Of a DNA stretch of 64,000 nucleotides, positions 28,652 through 41,798 are shown in pieces. How positions within the stretch are numbered: the stretch's first letter is position 1; every line of letters starts with the position of its first letter. The notes below the pieces were generated by a model, which ran no database searches, had not been told where the DNA came from, and saw only the letters and a program-made list of their open reading frames with translations. The translations under genes and the position numbers were made by a program. This DNA is from Lingula anatina (lineage: Eukaryota > Animalia > Brachiopoda): NCBI GenBank assembly GCA_051362555.1, contig CM120645.1, positions 3,534,001 to 3,598,000 on the forward strand, read 5' to 3'.

Positions 28652-29590
28652 CTAAAATTTAAATCCCAAAACATGACTCCTGGTAGCCAGGGAAAGGAAA
28701 AATTATATCACCATGGAACTTAAGCTGCCACCTCTCAATCTGAACATTTAGCTCTGTTCCACTTTTTGCTGCCGTGTTGAATTACAGGTTATGGCAAAAT
28801 CAATATAGCAATGCGCCATTCTTGCAAATATATTTTCTAAGACAGCAATATGCTGCAGTTGTACGCGTTTTTAATTTTCTCAATGGTTGTTCATCTTCAA
28901 AGCATTTTTTCTCGGATGGTAAACCGTTATTAAACAATTCAAATAATGAATATAATGATTCATCAATTAACTACCTCTACCCCCCCCCCCCCCCCCAAGT
29001 CTCCTGAGCCTGCGGCACCCGTTTGAATTGTTTAGAGACTATACACTGTTTTGACGGAAATAGATTATCTCGAACATAATAAAAAAATATGTCTCTTGGT
29101 CACAACCTGGCACACAATTTGATTTAAAAGAAGATCTCGCCTGCGGGGATCGAGTGACGTCCTAGTGGTTTATGACCCCTTCGCGAGGCAAATTTTATAA
29201 ACACCGGAAACGTGCCGGCGCTGTGACCGCTGCGATAAGAAAGATCGGGTTTTCGCGTCAGCTATGGATTTTTAAAACGGAAATGTACTCCCAACATTCC
29301 AAAACACCCAGTTGACTTAAACACATGTTGACGTCTAGTCACATTGAACATATCAACGCAGCAACAGTCGCGTTGGAAATCTGGATTCCATTAGCGGTCC
29401 CTACGGTTAAAATTGGCAAGTTTAAAATACATAAAAAGTCGCGGAGCGGACGATTGTGAAATACCATGACGTAGACAAGGAAGACTTAACAGCAAATACT
29501 GAGGTCGCATGATAGCGATTTGAAATCTTAATGTCTCCGGTGATGAATTAGATAAGGCGGTAATGACAACCCACACGATTTTCAACTTAC

Positions 29591-29978
29591 CTTGTAAAAC
29601 CCGTACTTGGCAGCCGTCAACTTTAAGCTTCTTCACGAGTAAGTTAATAATACTGGTCGGATTAGCGTTCAAGTCTTTTGTGTTGTCGTCGTATAATACT
29701 ATCGTGTGTGTTTTACATTTCTTGTTAAACTTCTCCTTTCCTTCATTGCACTGAATAACAGAGGAAACAGACAGGTTGCCCGATTTTAATCGCCGGAGCA
29801 TTAACGTTGGGATGAACAGATTAATGGCCCCTTCGACGTGAGACTGAATAAAGTCATTCTGAGCTCTCAAGTCTAGCACCAGGGCTCCTTCCTCGCTGTT
29901 AAGTCGGCGTCCAAGCCATTCTGGCGTACAGTAGTCAGTCGCACTCATGTTGGCGTTGTCAATGTCGAGGGAAGGCAT
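29591..29978 (-). CDS. DUSP7: Dual-specificity MAP kinase phosphatase (DUSP6/7/9, MKP3-like), coding exon 1: rhodanese/Cdc25-homology domain with kinase-interaction motif
   Basis: ATG at 29978. Translation includes LVLDLR...SHVEGAINL-FIPTLMLRRLKSGNL (KIM; human DUSP6 has IPGIMLRRLQKGNL) and IVLYD. Ends VLQG at donor G|GTAAGT (intron starts 29590, phase 1). The symbol stands for the DUSP6/7/9 pro-orthologue. Confidence 0.93.
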
Positions 29979-30229
29979 TGGAGGTGGAACAAATTTCGGT
30001 AGATTTTCGTGTTACTTGAGTCCTGGTTTAAACGACAGACTGATCGTCTCGTCGTCTCCGTATCGTCGTTTTCCTATTCCAGTTTATATCAGAATAAATA
30101 TACTTCACGTAAATATAGCTTGGTGTCTTAACACTGGCTGGATCGGTCCGAAATTGTAGTCTTAAACACTGATTTTCTTCGGGAACGATCAAGTTCACTT
30201 CAGCCGTGTATATGTTGCCTGTAATGGCG

Positions 30230-30320
30230 CGAGCTTATACTCTTATACTCCAAGTGACGATTGACAGGCGGCTCCACCAATCGGAAGCGCCGGAATGGAA
30301 CGACGTCATCCTCGTCATCA
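30230..30320 (-). promoter_or_regulatory. Putative DUSP core/proximal promoter in a CpG-rich island
   Basis: Two TATAAG on the minus strand (30234-30239, 30242-30247), CCAAT 30277-30281, ETS cores CGGAAG 30282-30287 and CCGGAAT 30290-30296, CRE-like GACGTCA 30302-30308. No ATG between here and the start codon. CpG is visibly enriched over ~29.0-30.45 kb. Confidence 0.55.
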
Positions 30321-31182
30321 GCCGTATTTGGAAACATAATTGGATCTTCATTGAGCAATACTGTGTACCAGGGCGATTTAGGGGAGAACCTCAGGAACAT
30401 GAAACTTTACCTAACTACGACACTACTGTATATAGTGGGTGACGCCGTAAAATTTTATTCAACGTGGGCAGTTTTACATGAACAACGAATTAGGTATTGA
30501 AATTAGACAGACGATGAAATTAAATTCTGTGAATCTGTAACAGTTGGCTCTTATTTATTTTACTTTGTATGAAATACAATTCACTTTCTACTATAGATTG
30601 ATCAGTTATTAAGTCAAGTTGGCTATAAAGTGTTTTTTTATTTACATATCCATTTGAAACATTCAATAACCTTGAAATATGATCCTGTATGAAAATAGCC
30701 AAAGTAAAAAAATTCTTTGTCATCAGTTTTTGTTTGGTCAACATGTCGGGGGGCTGTCTCCTAGCACCAAGATAGGTATACAATAGCTTCAGGTGATGAA
30801 ATCAGGATTTCACTGCTAGTGAAATAGATAATAAGGCAGTTGTCTTTCATATGAAGAATTTGACATCTCTAAGAGGAAAAAGTGGTTTTGATATCCTATT
30901 TGTTAGAAATCTAAAACTAAATTGTTAATAATTTATCAGCATTGCTTCTTTCTGTATTTTTATTTATTCATTCATTTATTTATTTATTGTGTGATATTGT
31001 CTATATTTCTCTTTTCATTTCACGACCTCATATCCTAATAAAATCACTGGCAGCAAACCAAAAGTTTTTGTTTTACAAAGCAATATCCCTATGTCTGTAT
31101 ACCTATATGAACTCATATTTTTTCCTACTGTACCCAGTATGTATGACTGTGCCCGCATATATTTCTCTTTCTCTTTGTAGTG

Positions 31183-31184
<2 letters not shown>

Positions 31185-31253
<69 letters not shown>

Positions 31254-31256
31254 TTT
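31185..31256. repeat. (AT)n followed by poly(T)
   Basis: Directly visible. Confidence 0.95.
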
Positions 31257-32803
31257 CCTTTGAAGTATGTTAAACCCACCAACTATTTCTCTCTTGCTTT
31301 TACAGGTCTCCCATAGATTGACATGTGATGGTGGGAGTACAACAAAATCAATATATGCTTTAATTATGACAAGGTGTAACATTCAACCTACTTTACCTGT
31401 GGAAAAGGTGCAAAGAGGGAAGTAATTAACAGGCCACCTTTATGATTTATAATGATTGAGAGATGTGAGAACGTGTTGGTGATTAGTGATCAAAATTATG
31501 AATCGTGTACGCTGTACAGTGGGGGTTTTGTATTGAAAATAATGGATTTTCTTTGAAATGACACAATAAGCAATTATGTTTGAAATGATGAAGTGGTTTT
31601 CATTTGACACATTTACTGAATGGATCTGCTAAAATTATATGATCAGATTAAGTGAATTCTGTCACTAATTTTTTTTTTTCAACTTAAAAAAAAATTTTCC
31701 TAGCCAGAAAAATAGAGAAAAGAGAAAGAAAAAAGTCATCTCTTGAGAAAGATGAAAATTTAATTTGATTGGAAATATGACCTTTTTTATGGATTTATGT
31801 CACAGGTGCTTTTGGTATGCTTTAAAATACTAGAGGATTATACCAACAGAATTAATTTTCAAAGTCATCTCGCTGATAAAACTTCTAAGTTCCATGTTCT
31901 ATAACATTCGATTTGTTAAAACTTCTACTTAATGTGCAAAAATAATAAATAAATAAATAAAGATTGAGAAAACCACACAAAGAACCCTTGTAAGCTAAAA
32001 AGGTTAAAATTACAAAAAAAATCCCCCCCCCCTCCAACTTTCACCACCTTTCACCACCTTCAATTACAGGCTTGTAATAACGTAATAATATTGATTAGTC
32101 TAATATGGTTGTGACTGGCTTTGTAAATAAAGTCATACTTATATTTACCTTGGCTATTTTCCAAACCGCAAGAGGACAGAATGCAACATAGAAATCTTAT
32201 GAAGGGATATGGTGACTCTGAGTGTGCTATTGAAATGGTGCGATAATGCTTATCAATGAATAAACAGTGCAATATAACCCCAAAGAATACTGTGAATAAT
32301 ATGCCAATAAAGTTGGAGTGGCAGGCGTACATGGTTGCATAACGGTTTCACTATTCGTTGTCGTTTTACATGCCGTTACACCACCACATGGACAATTATA
32401 ACAGCCTATATTGGAGCAAACTGTCAGAGAGAAAAAATAGGAAAGAACGCTCCTTGTGGTTTTGGTCCAGTGACTGTCATTGTTGAATTGGACATGTTAT
32501 AGAGCATATTAAAGACCTGCAGTTTCAGTCAGAATTGAATCTGAATAAAACTTGAAATGGATTTTCTGTGAATATAATTTAAATCCATAAATTGATGATT
32601 ATTACAGGATGACTTTATAGAATGTTAAATTTTCATGCAAATTCATGCCTGAGAGCTCTAAGCAAAAATAAACAAAAATATAACTGAAGTCATTAAGAAG
32701 CAAAATACCCATCACTAAAAATGGTCTTATTAGTCTGTATTATATCGCAGTCCTCATTTCTTATCTAATTTCCTGTGTTTTTTTACTTGTCAATTCCGTA
32801 TTA

Positions 32804-32807
<4 letters not shown>

Positions 32808-32852
<45 letters not shown>
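32808..32852. repeat. (ATT)n microsatellite
   Basis: Directly visible. Confidence 0.95.
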
Positions 32853-32856
<4 letters not shown>

Positions 32857-34702
32857 TTGATAAAATTTGAGGACGCTTAAAATTTCATGTAGATTAGCAA
32901 GTAATTTGAACATCGATGTCTCTCCTTATGTTGTTAATTGGGTTAATATCATATTTGTTTTTTTTTTCCTACTCTTAAGATTGTGATCACACACAATAAA
33001 CTCCCACTGAAAGATAAAACTCCTATCAGTTGGCTCCATGTCAAATAATTGACTGACTTCCTCATCTGTAAATTATGTCTGTTCTTACTTTAGTTTGACA
33101 TTTATCAGCATAGTGAAGGGGCATCCTTTTCAATAAAAGGTAAATTGGGTGTATCCTTTACTGGAAATATCCATTTATAACATTGCCACATCCTTTGATT
33201 TGAGAATTATTTTGGCCCAGTTTCAATTTTTGCAGCTCTTATCCGTTCCAGAAAATTCATTGGTTCTTTTTATGTTTGGTTTGGTCATGTTTCATCTTTT
33301 TCAATATTTTCCATATTTTCTGTATTTTTATTTTTTTTTCAGCAGGGGAGAGAGAATTGCCAAGAAGCATAATGTGTGGCTTTTCCTTCACCCTTCTTTT
33401 TAAAAGGTGCATTAAAACCACCTGTAATGAAAAAAAAAGGGAAACAACACTTTAAATGAAATTTTACCTCCTTTTCAAATTATTTTCTTTAAAACAAACA
33501 CTACTAAACAACCATATGTAGCCAGACAGACACTAAACAGTGAGGCATGTCATGCAAATCTCTTAGACTAAAGTTCTATTTGAAGAAAACTGTCTACATT
33601 TTAAAACTTGCTGCTCTTCATGTAATACGTATACCAGCATTCTCCGCATGGCCTCCCATGTGTAACCAAAGACAATCACAGTTACTAGACTGATTAAGTG
33701 AAGGTCTTCTAATGGCTGTCTCCATCAATACAGTCATTTGTTAATTAAGCCCCACAAATGAAGCCATTCTAGATTTTATCTAAAAACTGTTACATTAATG
33801 AAGATGAAAATTTGTCCAGTTGTTAATTACTACAATGGTGGACCCAGAAAAGGGGGGGGGGGGAGGGGACAATTAAAAGAATGTGTTCCATGTGTTGTCC
33901 CTAAGTATATCCTTTATATCAAGGTAAACCAAATGAAACCAAGAGATTTTTTTCATTCCTGTGCCCCACATTTTACAGTTGGAGTATAATTTTTTTATCC
34001 TTGGGGTCTTCCAGTGCATTACCAGGTCATTTATTTAACTCAGCCTGAGCCAAAATAGACATTTGATATAATTTACAAATAAGGGCAGAATATTCTACAG
34101 CACGCTGGCCCACACCTTTCTAGAACAAATGCTAAATAAAGTTACATAAACCTTATTGTGATTATCAGAAACCATTTCCGCTGCAATTCGTCTGTATTAA
34201 TGCATTTTGCATCATCCCAGGTAGAGAGCGATGATGGTACATTACCATAGTAACGCCTACACAGGAAGTAGCTGTCATTAAGAGGCATTCCCTGAATAAC
34301 TGTGTAAGAATTAACCTGTGCTTTTCGCTGTCTGTCTATTTCATAGGGTGTGATGAGTTCACTGCTTCATAATACTTAATACATCGGGATGCAATAAATT
34401 TAGAAAGTCAAGCCATTTTTTATGATGAAGTAGTGCAGTAATGTTAATTGATGAACTCTGTGTGTGTGTGTGAGTGCATGTGTCTTTGTTCATACATCCT
34501 AATATATGTAGGCAATCCAATGCCTCATCGTTTCTTCCATCTACATACTACATGATATATCTGATAGAAAATCATGGAGCAAGGAATTGACTTAATTATT
34601 CATCTCAGTCCTTTTCTTGGTTTCCATCTATCCTGTCTGTCTGCGCCTGTCCATCTTTTTGCCTTTGCTGATCTTCATTGTCAAGGCTGTATACTTACAG
34701 TA

Positions 34703-34879
34703 GGGACCATTCCCAGACCCTATAGTACTAACTTTGGATCGATCTATCTCCATTAATTATAGTTTAGCTTTCAGTAGGCATACCAGACATCTAAGCCTCT
34801 GAAGCTAAAGGCAATTTAGTGAGAACCCCTTGGAGATGGATTGATCCTGTTAGATCAATCTAGGTATAGGAACCCAGTC
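34703..34879. mobile_element. MITE family 1, diverged copy in the opposite orientation
   Basis: GCAATTTAGTGAGAACCCCTTGGAGATGGATTGATC...GATCAATCTAGGTATAGGAACCCAGTC aligns by eye with the reverse complement of 13852-13923. Confidence 0.5.
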
Positions 34880-35448
34880 TTAGGTTCAGGCAGACGAGGC
34901 CCTCCCTTGTTGGAAATTTTCCACAATTTTCTCACTGATGATAGTGACTGTCACTGAGGGGATGCCTCTTGTCTATTTACTCTTTCAGTCGTATGTGTAC
35001 AATTAAGTCTGGTAATTGTCTCACTGTACACTCACTGGTGTACTACAATCTTTCATTTTCTCTGTCTGACATATCCAACTGTCTATCCATCAGAATCATT
35101 GACAACGTTTAATTTTTCTGTTCACGAAAAAAAAAAATCCACCCATCCTCCCACGTACCCTACCCCCATATCACTTACCAAATTTCCAGGGGGCTTTGAT
35201 ACTCAGAAATGATCACCCCGAACCCATTCTTCTGATAAACAGGAAATCACCACATCTTTTGGGAATGACGGGAATCATGTTTCTGTTTCTGGTATGTATA
35301 TTTTTTTTATTGAAAGAATAATGTTTAGTTTATAATTATGTAGATTTTTTTCCTTGTGAAGTACATATGGGGCAATATCACACTCAATATTTCACCCATA
35401 TATCACAACACATGTTTTAAGTATATCCAGTAATTGTGGTTTATTAAC

Positions 35449-35616
35449 CAGGCCCATAGCCAGGGGGGGTTCGGGGTGTTCAAACAAACCACCCTTTTTG
35501 CCAGGAAAAGGTCCCCTCCAGGTAAAATTTTATATAAGTCCAGGAAGGTTTCATGGTAAAAGATCCACTTTTTCAGAAAAAGAACCCCCATTTTGAAATT
35601 GCTGGCTACAGGCCTG
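35449..35616. mobile_element. MITE family 2 (CAGGCCC.TAGCCAG termini)
   Basis: TIRs CAGGCCCATAGCCAG / CTGGCTACAGGCCTG, with TTAAC on both flanks. Internal GGAAAAGGTCC...AAAAGATCCACTTTTTCAGAAAAA is shared with the other copies. Confidence 0.75.
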
Positions 35617-38600
35617 TTAACAAACTTTAATTGATAAGAAGAAAAATTTTTTTTCATTCTGATAAATGTTGTTTCTTTGTTGTAGAAAAATGTCTTTATT
35701 TGAATGCTGGCTCAGGGCATTCAACAGGGATGAGGCAAAACCATAGTTCATGTCTAGAATTTTACCAGTTAAATAAAGTATATTGTCTTCAGATCTAGCT
35801 GAATCACACATTCTCTTGGACAGAGTGTCAGAACTGCAGTTATCATGGAAAGTCACGTATATGTATTCACAGAGAGATTGGAATATGCCCTAGGAATGGT
35901 AGTACTCTTAAAACCAGATTTCATTCTGTAAATATCATGTCCCATTAGGTTTACATTTCATGAAAGATAATTTTTTTTCCTGTTAAAAGTTTTCGACTTT
36001 TCTTCTTGTGCTTCTTAAATTTTCAACAGTTAAAGGTGACTGTTAATTTGACTCATTCAAAGATATATGTTCAGGATAGTGTCAGGAAGGAATATCTTTT
36101 CTCTTTGATTCATTTTTCTTCTAATACCCTGCCCGAACAGGATAGTGTGATCTAATTTGATTGAATCAGGATGTCACCCAAGAAAGATGGCACGACAAGA
36201 TAAATCTAAGATAATTGGTATAATTGAGAGCTATTTTTACATCCGTGCCCCGAACATTGTGCCAGCTTCTTGATTTCCTATTAGGTGATGTACTTTTACC
36301 TGACATGTCAAATCTTTGGGGAATTCTGGTGGTTAGCCACAATTTGTGGCTGGGTCATGTAGAAGGCTGGTACAAAAGAGAACAGACCTCAATTCCCTTT
36401 AGGGGCTGCTTCAAAAAACAACATTCGGGAAATTGAGTAAAACAAAAAACATTTTGAAAGTAAAAGTGATTCAAGTTTCGAGTTTTAAAGCAAAAATGAG
36501 CTGCTTGAAAATAAACATTTTGGGATACCTTTTTTTTATCTTATCAGCATTGGCTGATAAAAGTAAATTTAAAAGTATAGTATTGAAGTTAGTTTCGTTT
36601 CTTCAAGATGATGCAATCTGGCTTGGTTTCAGGTCTGAAATAGTCTTTGCCTTTGATAAGGACTGTGAGTGTTAATTGTTTTCTTTAACAGGATGTAAAC
36701 AGGGCGTCATAAATATCCCTCCATCACAGTTTCCATACATGACGTAAAAATCATTTTAAAAAAATGAAATTATCTCGTCAAAAAAATTAGCTTGTTGAAA
36801 ATGAAACGAATTGGATACAGCATGGTTCATTCTTTTTAGCACAGTGACTGGCACATAGATTAGCAAAGAAATGGAAATCATTTTATCTTTAAGGGATCAG
36901 GCAACACGGTTTGATTTCTGGGGCCCTTTTCACAAAGGAATTAAAGCTTAAATATTGGTCTAAACCTTCAGACTAAAAATAACGTTTTCTTCAGTTCAAG
37001 GTACATGCCCTACATCCAGAGCTTGTTGTCTTTTTACATAAGATAATATTTGTCAGATACATCAGTCATGTTATTATTATTATTATTTATACTTGTAATT
37101 ATACTTCTTGTTTTTTCTTAGGTAACCAATGTTGCTTCATTGGCTGCATTCACATATATGGTGACCCACCTAAAAACTTGCCGTCTGTTCCCCTAATAGA
37201 CACTGATAGATTTTTGATAGATTCCCCCTGGGGATTTTGCAACAAGCATTCAAGTGGGTTGGGCACATTTGATCCGCAGACTTGTTAGTCCCCTGTTGTG
37301 AATGCAACCTTATATGTTATGATACTTAATATTTGGTCCTTAGAAAACCAATATTGCTTCATTGTAAAAGGAGAGTTCCGTAAATCAATGATGGAATTTG
37401 ATTCATGGGGCCTAAGATCTCTGTTTATTAGATCTTAGATGGGGCAAAGATCTAGAATGAAAGTGGTACATGTACATGTATGACCATTATAGTATATTGA
37501 AATAAAACAACTGTTTTCAAACACTGAAATAAAAATTCAGAACTAAGACGAAATTCTTTCTGACATATTCCATACAAAAATGGATAGATTGTAAAATTCA
37601 TCAATAATGGTTACTTTCTATACCTCCTTCTCCCCCATATCTTCAATGAGTATTGTAAGACATTTAAATTTTAACGGGATCCAAAATTGTAACAGATCTC
37701 AATTATTTAAAAATCATGCATACACAGAGAATGAATTTATCATGATGAATTTTTATGCAGGTATTGCTTAAGTGACTGAAGTTGATTCAACTGTATTTAT
37801 AATACGGGAAAATATTGATAAAAATATCCCTTTTCACAGAGAGTGTGGGTGTTATCAAGAACACTGAATGGTTTTCCAACTCAAATAAAAATGTGGTTTG
37901 TAGTTTTTTTTTCACCTGTGTTATACTGGTGTGGTGCTATACACAGCTAGCTAGCCTGCATGCAACTGCATCCCACAAAATCATATATCTATATAATATA
38001 ATAGCCAGCTTGAATTCAGTAAATTGGACAATACAGTGTATTAACTTAAGTGCTGCCTTTTGAAAATGAGATATAACTGTTGTCAGATAATACGTACATA
38101 AATGAATCAAGGGTTAAAATGTCCCAGGCACATTTAGCCATCTCTATTGGTTGCCAGCAGTTGGAAGACTTATAAGTATTAAAATCAGTTGCAGATTAAG
38201 GGGGGGAGGGGGGGGGTCATGGGGATCCTGACCCCCTCTTCAATTTCTGAAAAAAAATCAAACCAATGGTCCCCTCCTGAAATTAGAATTTTGACAAGCT
38301 GAATCATATTTCTAAACTGTACCAAATGGCATCATGAAAGTTTTCACACCTTTTTGTTATTGGACCTGTTGCTTTTAGAAATGAAAAATTCTGGGCTCCA
38401 AATATAAACAAACCTTTTCAAAGTCCATTTTAAAATGTCAAGGAAGAAAGCATGTCATCAACACAGTGATGTTGAGTTTTTTACTATGAGAGAGGTGGCA
38501 CAAAAACAGAAAAGTTTTCATGTAGAGACTTGAAGTTTTAGAAGGGGAAAATCAGGGCGAGAGACCACCCCCATGTTTCCTCCTTCCGTTCTATTACATG

Positions 38601-41520
38601 TAGTTCTAGTCACAGAAATTGATCTCTAAGTCATACAGTATACTTCCATTTCATATCCTGGTATGACATTTGTCAAAAAAATAGAGTGACAATTTTAAAT
38701 GTCATTTTCAATTTATTTTCTTTTTCCTGTTAATTTAAATGGATTCCCAGTATCCTTTCTATATGTAACATTTCTTAATTGCTTGACTGGTAGTCATTTA
38801 AATTATGTTTAATAATGTCCAATAAGGATGTTGATATTTTCTAGTATAATGGTGATTTGCCAAAATTAATCCAAAAGAAACTCACTATGGTAACTTGATA
38901 TAAATTACAATTTTGAGATGGATCAAATGATTTTGTAAAGAGCAATGGTATGTCGGGGGAGGGGGTTATGTCCCCACCCCCCTTCCCGGAGCAACATACT
39001 AGACATATCATTAGAGGGGCATAGTCAGATGGATGGGTCTCAGGAAAAAAGCAAGAATTATTTTGACAACTTTGATGTATATGCATTATCCTTTCTATTT
39101 TCTAACAAATCATTTTCATCCAAATTTTGACATTTACTTGCTCCCCCCTCCCTTCCCCTTCACCTTATAGCCATTATTATTATCTTTTTTATCTGGATAC
39201 ATAATGAATTGGGGCAAAGATTTGCATAAGTTCAGGAGTTTGAATGCATGAGAATTTATGTAAACTGATTTCTCAAAATAAAACAATTTCTATAAAATTT
39301 GAAGAAAAAACTTTTCTTAGTTAACGTTACACTGTTCCCCAGAGGGCATACTATAGTTTTCTGTGACATTTACTTAAATAAAATTCAAATTTGGAAGAAA
39401 TAAGATCAAAATTATACCCTCAGTAACTGATGATTGATGCCTATGTGTCCTGGTGACACATACATTTTCCTCTATAGCTAAGGGGCCATCACCAAAAGTT
39501 TAATGGTTTCTCTACATTAAAACTGTGTTTTCAGTGGTACCGAGTGGTTAAAGACCAACTCTTGTGTAAAATCATTGGATGTGTTGTATTTGCCAAAATA
39601 TATTCCCAGCTTCAAGTAATACTGTTACGATTATTTTTTGTTAAACATAAGAAATGAAATATGCAATTATCTGAAATAAAAATTAGTTCCAAGCATTGGT
39701 GTATGTGTATGGCCCAAGGTACAACTGGTATACACCCTGTAGTTTTTATGGGAGCACATTGTATCTGCTGTTAGTATTCACAAACTTCAACATTTATAAT
39801 TTAAAGCAACTCACAAAAACTCAGTTTTTGAACCCAACTCGTCTTTTAGAAATTTTTAATCCGAGTTCAGTGTGAAAAACAAAACATCATTTCTTAAAAA
39901 AATACTCCATCATTTTTTTTTCTTTATGTAATGAAAAATTACCATAATATGTTTAATGCATTTCTTGAGGGTGGAAACGCATCTAAATACCCATTCAGAA
40001 GTGTGGGAGGAAAACACATTAAATCAATAGCCAGCACATTGGCCTACAATTGACCTGTCCCTCACACTCATAACTGACCGCATGTATGCTAATCAAGCAC
40101 CATTAAGTAGAACCTGTCCTTGAGTTGTTTGCTGCTACTGGACATGGATTTAACTGCTGCATGCATGCACTTTCAGGAAAACACTGGAATTGCACTAGGT
40201 ACACTCTTTTTCTAACCCCCCCCCCTTCCCTTCCCCAGCTGCCGTTGACATTTTCCTCAACTAACACACACACAGACGCACACACACACATACGGCTGAT
40301 ATATACCACTCCATTAAGGATGAAGAGGCAGGGTATTTGCACAGGGCAACATGCCTATAGACCATCTTATAGCTCCAGAAGCTTCTGTCCCATCCCCCCC
40401 CCCCCCGTCTCCCCCCTCCCCCCAAATGAAAAAAAGATATAGTGGTGTACTCATATTTCTTATGCCCACCTTTCCCAAGGACTACCATAGATCACTCCCA
40501 TAGATAGATAGATAATCAGGCTCAGGGAAGTTGTTTCTGTTTTGGAACTTTGCTTTAAGTGTTAACTTTCAATTTTGTTGGACAAAAAAAATTTTTAAAA
40601 AGAATAAAAAACAAAAAGCAGCAAGAAACAGACTAACTTTTTTAAAGCAATTTGACTCATTCAATGTTCATGAGTCTTCAGTTAATACCAAAGAAAAAAG
40701 TTGTTCCACAAAATTTGCTCGAGATATACTATAATTTGATGTAAAAGGTGACTAGCCACAAAAAATTGTGCTTCAATATGATTATGCTAAATGACTTTAA
40801 CTTTCTCTTTTTCATTTGCAGTTTCTACTGTGATTGACATGAAAATTTTTACTTTTTACTTTCCACTCTTATCAGACACTCTCTTGTCTTAATCACCCTC
40901 ATTCAGTCATAGGGTTAATATTTCCTAGAGTACGTAGGTGGACAGCTATCGCCATTGATGAGCAATTAACTGATCATCACAGATAACCAAATTGATCATA
41001 GACAAATCCCTGGACAAGGCTTAGTGTTCAGGAAGTCTTCACTGACCATTCCTACATTCCAGTCTGTGGTCATTTGCATGGTCATCAGTGTTCTGATTCT
41101 GACCACAGATGACAAAGGAGGTTTTATTTGTATATTGATGTTGGTTTGTGTGTTTGTTTCTAACAGTTTTTGTTTTCATATTAAAGATGAATTTGGTGAG
41201 AAACAAATAAACCAATGTAATTAATTAATTTCTCTAGCCACCCTTAGCTCTTAGACATATTTTTATGTAAAATTAGCTATGCTAGCTATCAAGTCTGTTT
41301 AGATTAATTTATGATTTGTGTATTAATGATTGATTAAAACTACATGGTCAGTTATTCAACAAAAAGGAAACAAAAAAATACCACATTGCAAAGAATGTCT
41401 GGTCAGCTTAGTGTCCAGGAAACTGAAAGTAGACTATCTGGTTGACCATCCCAACATATTCTAGTGTTCAAACATCTGACCACCAGGCTCAATAATGACT
41501 TAACATCCTTTCCTCTATCT

Positions 41521-41559
<39 letters not shown>

Positions 41560-41766
41560 TTTCTTTCAAGATTTGTAGACTTCAGTTGTTTTATTGCTTT
41601 AAGTTTTATTAATAGGATATATGCTGGTAAAAAATGTATGTATAGATAAATCCAGCATGAGTGGTTGTGGTGATGTTTTTGCTACTTTTTTCCTGTAGGC
41701 AGCTTCACCTTATTGGTTCATTAATTAATAAGTACATGGTGTCCAAAAGGAACAACTTTTTCATTT

Positions 41767-41798
<32 letters not shown>

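Noticed and set aside
29391-29590. C-terminal extension of the 195-aa ORF (KLKIVWV...)
   Set aside because: Read-through into intron 1 past the G|GTAAGT donor; DUSP homology resumes in exon 2.
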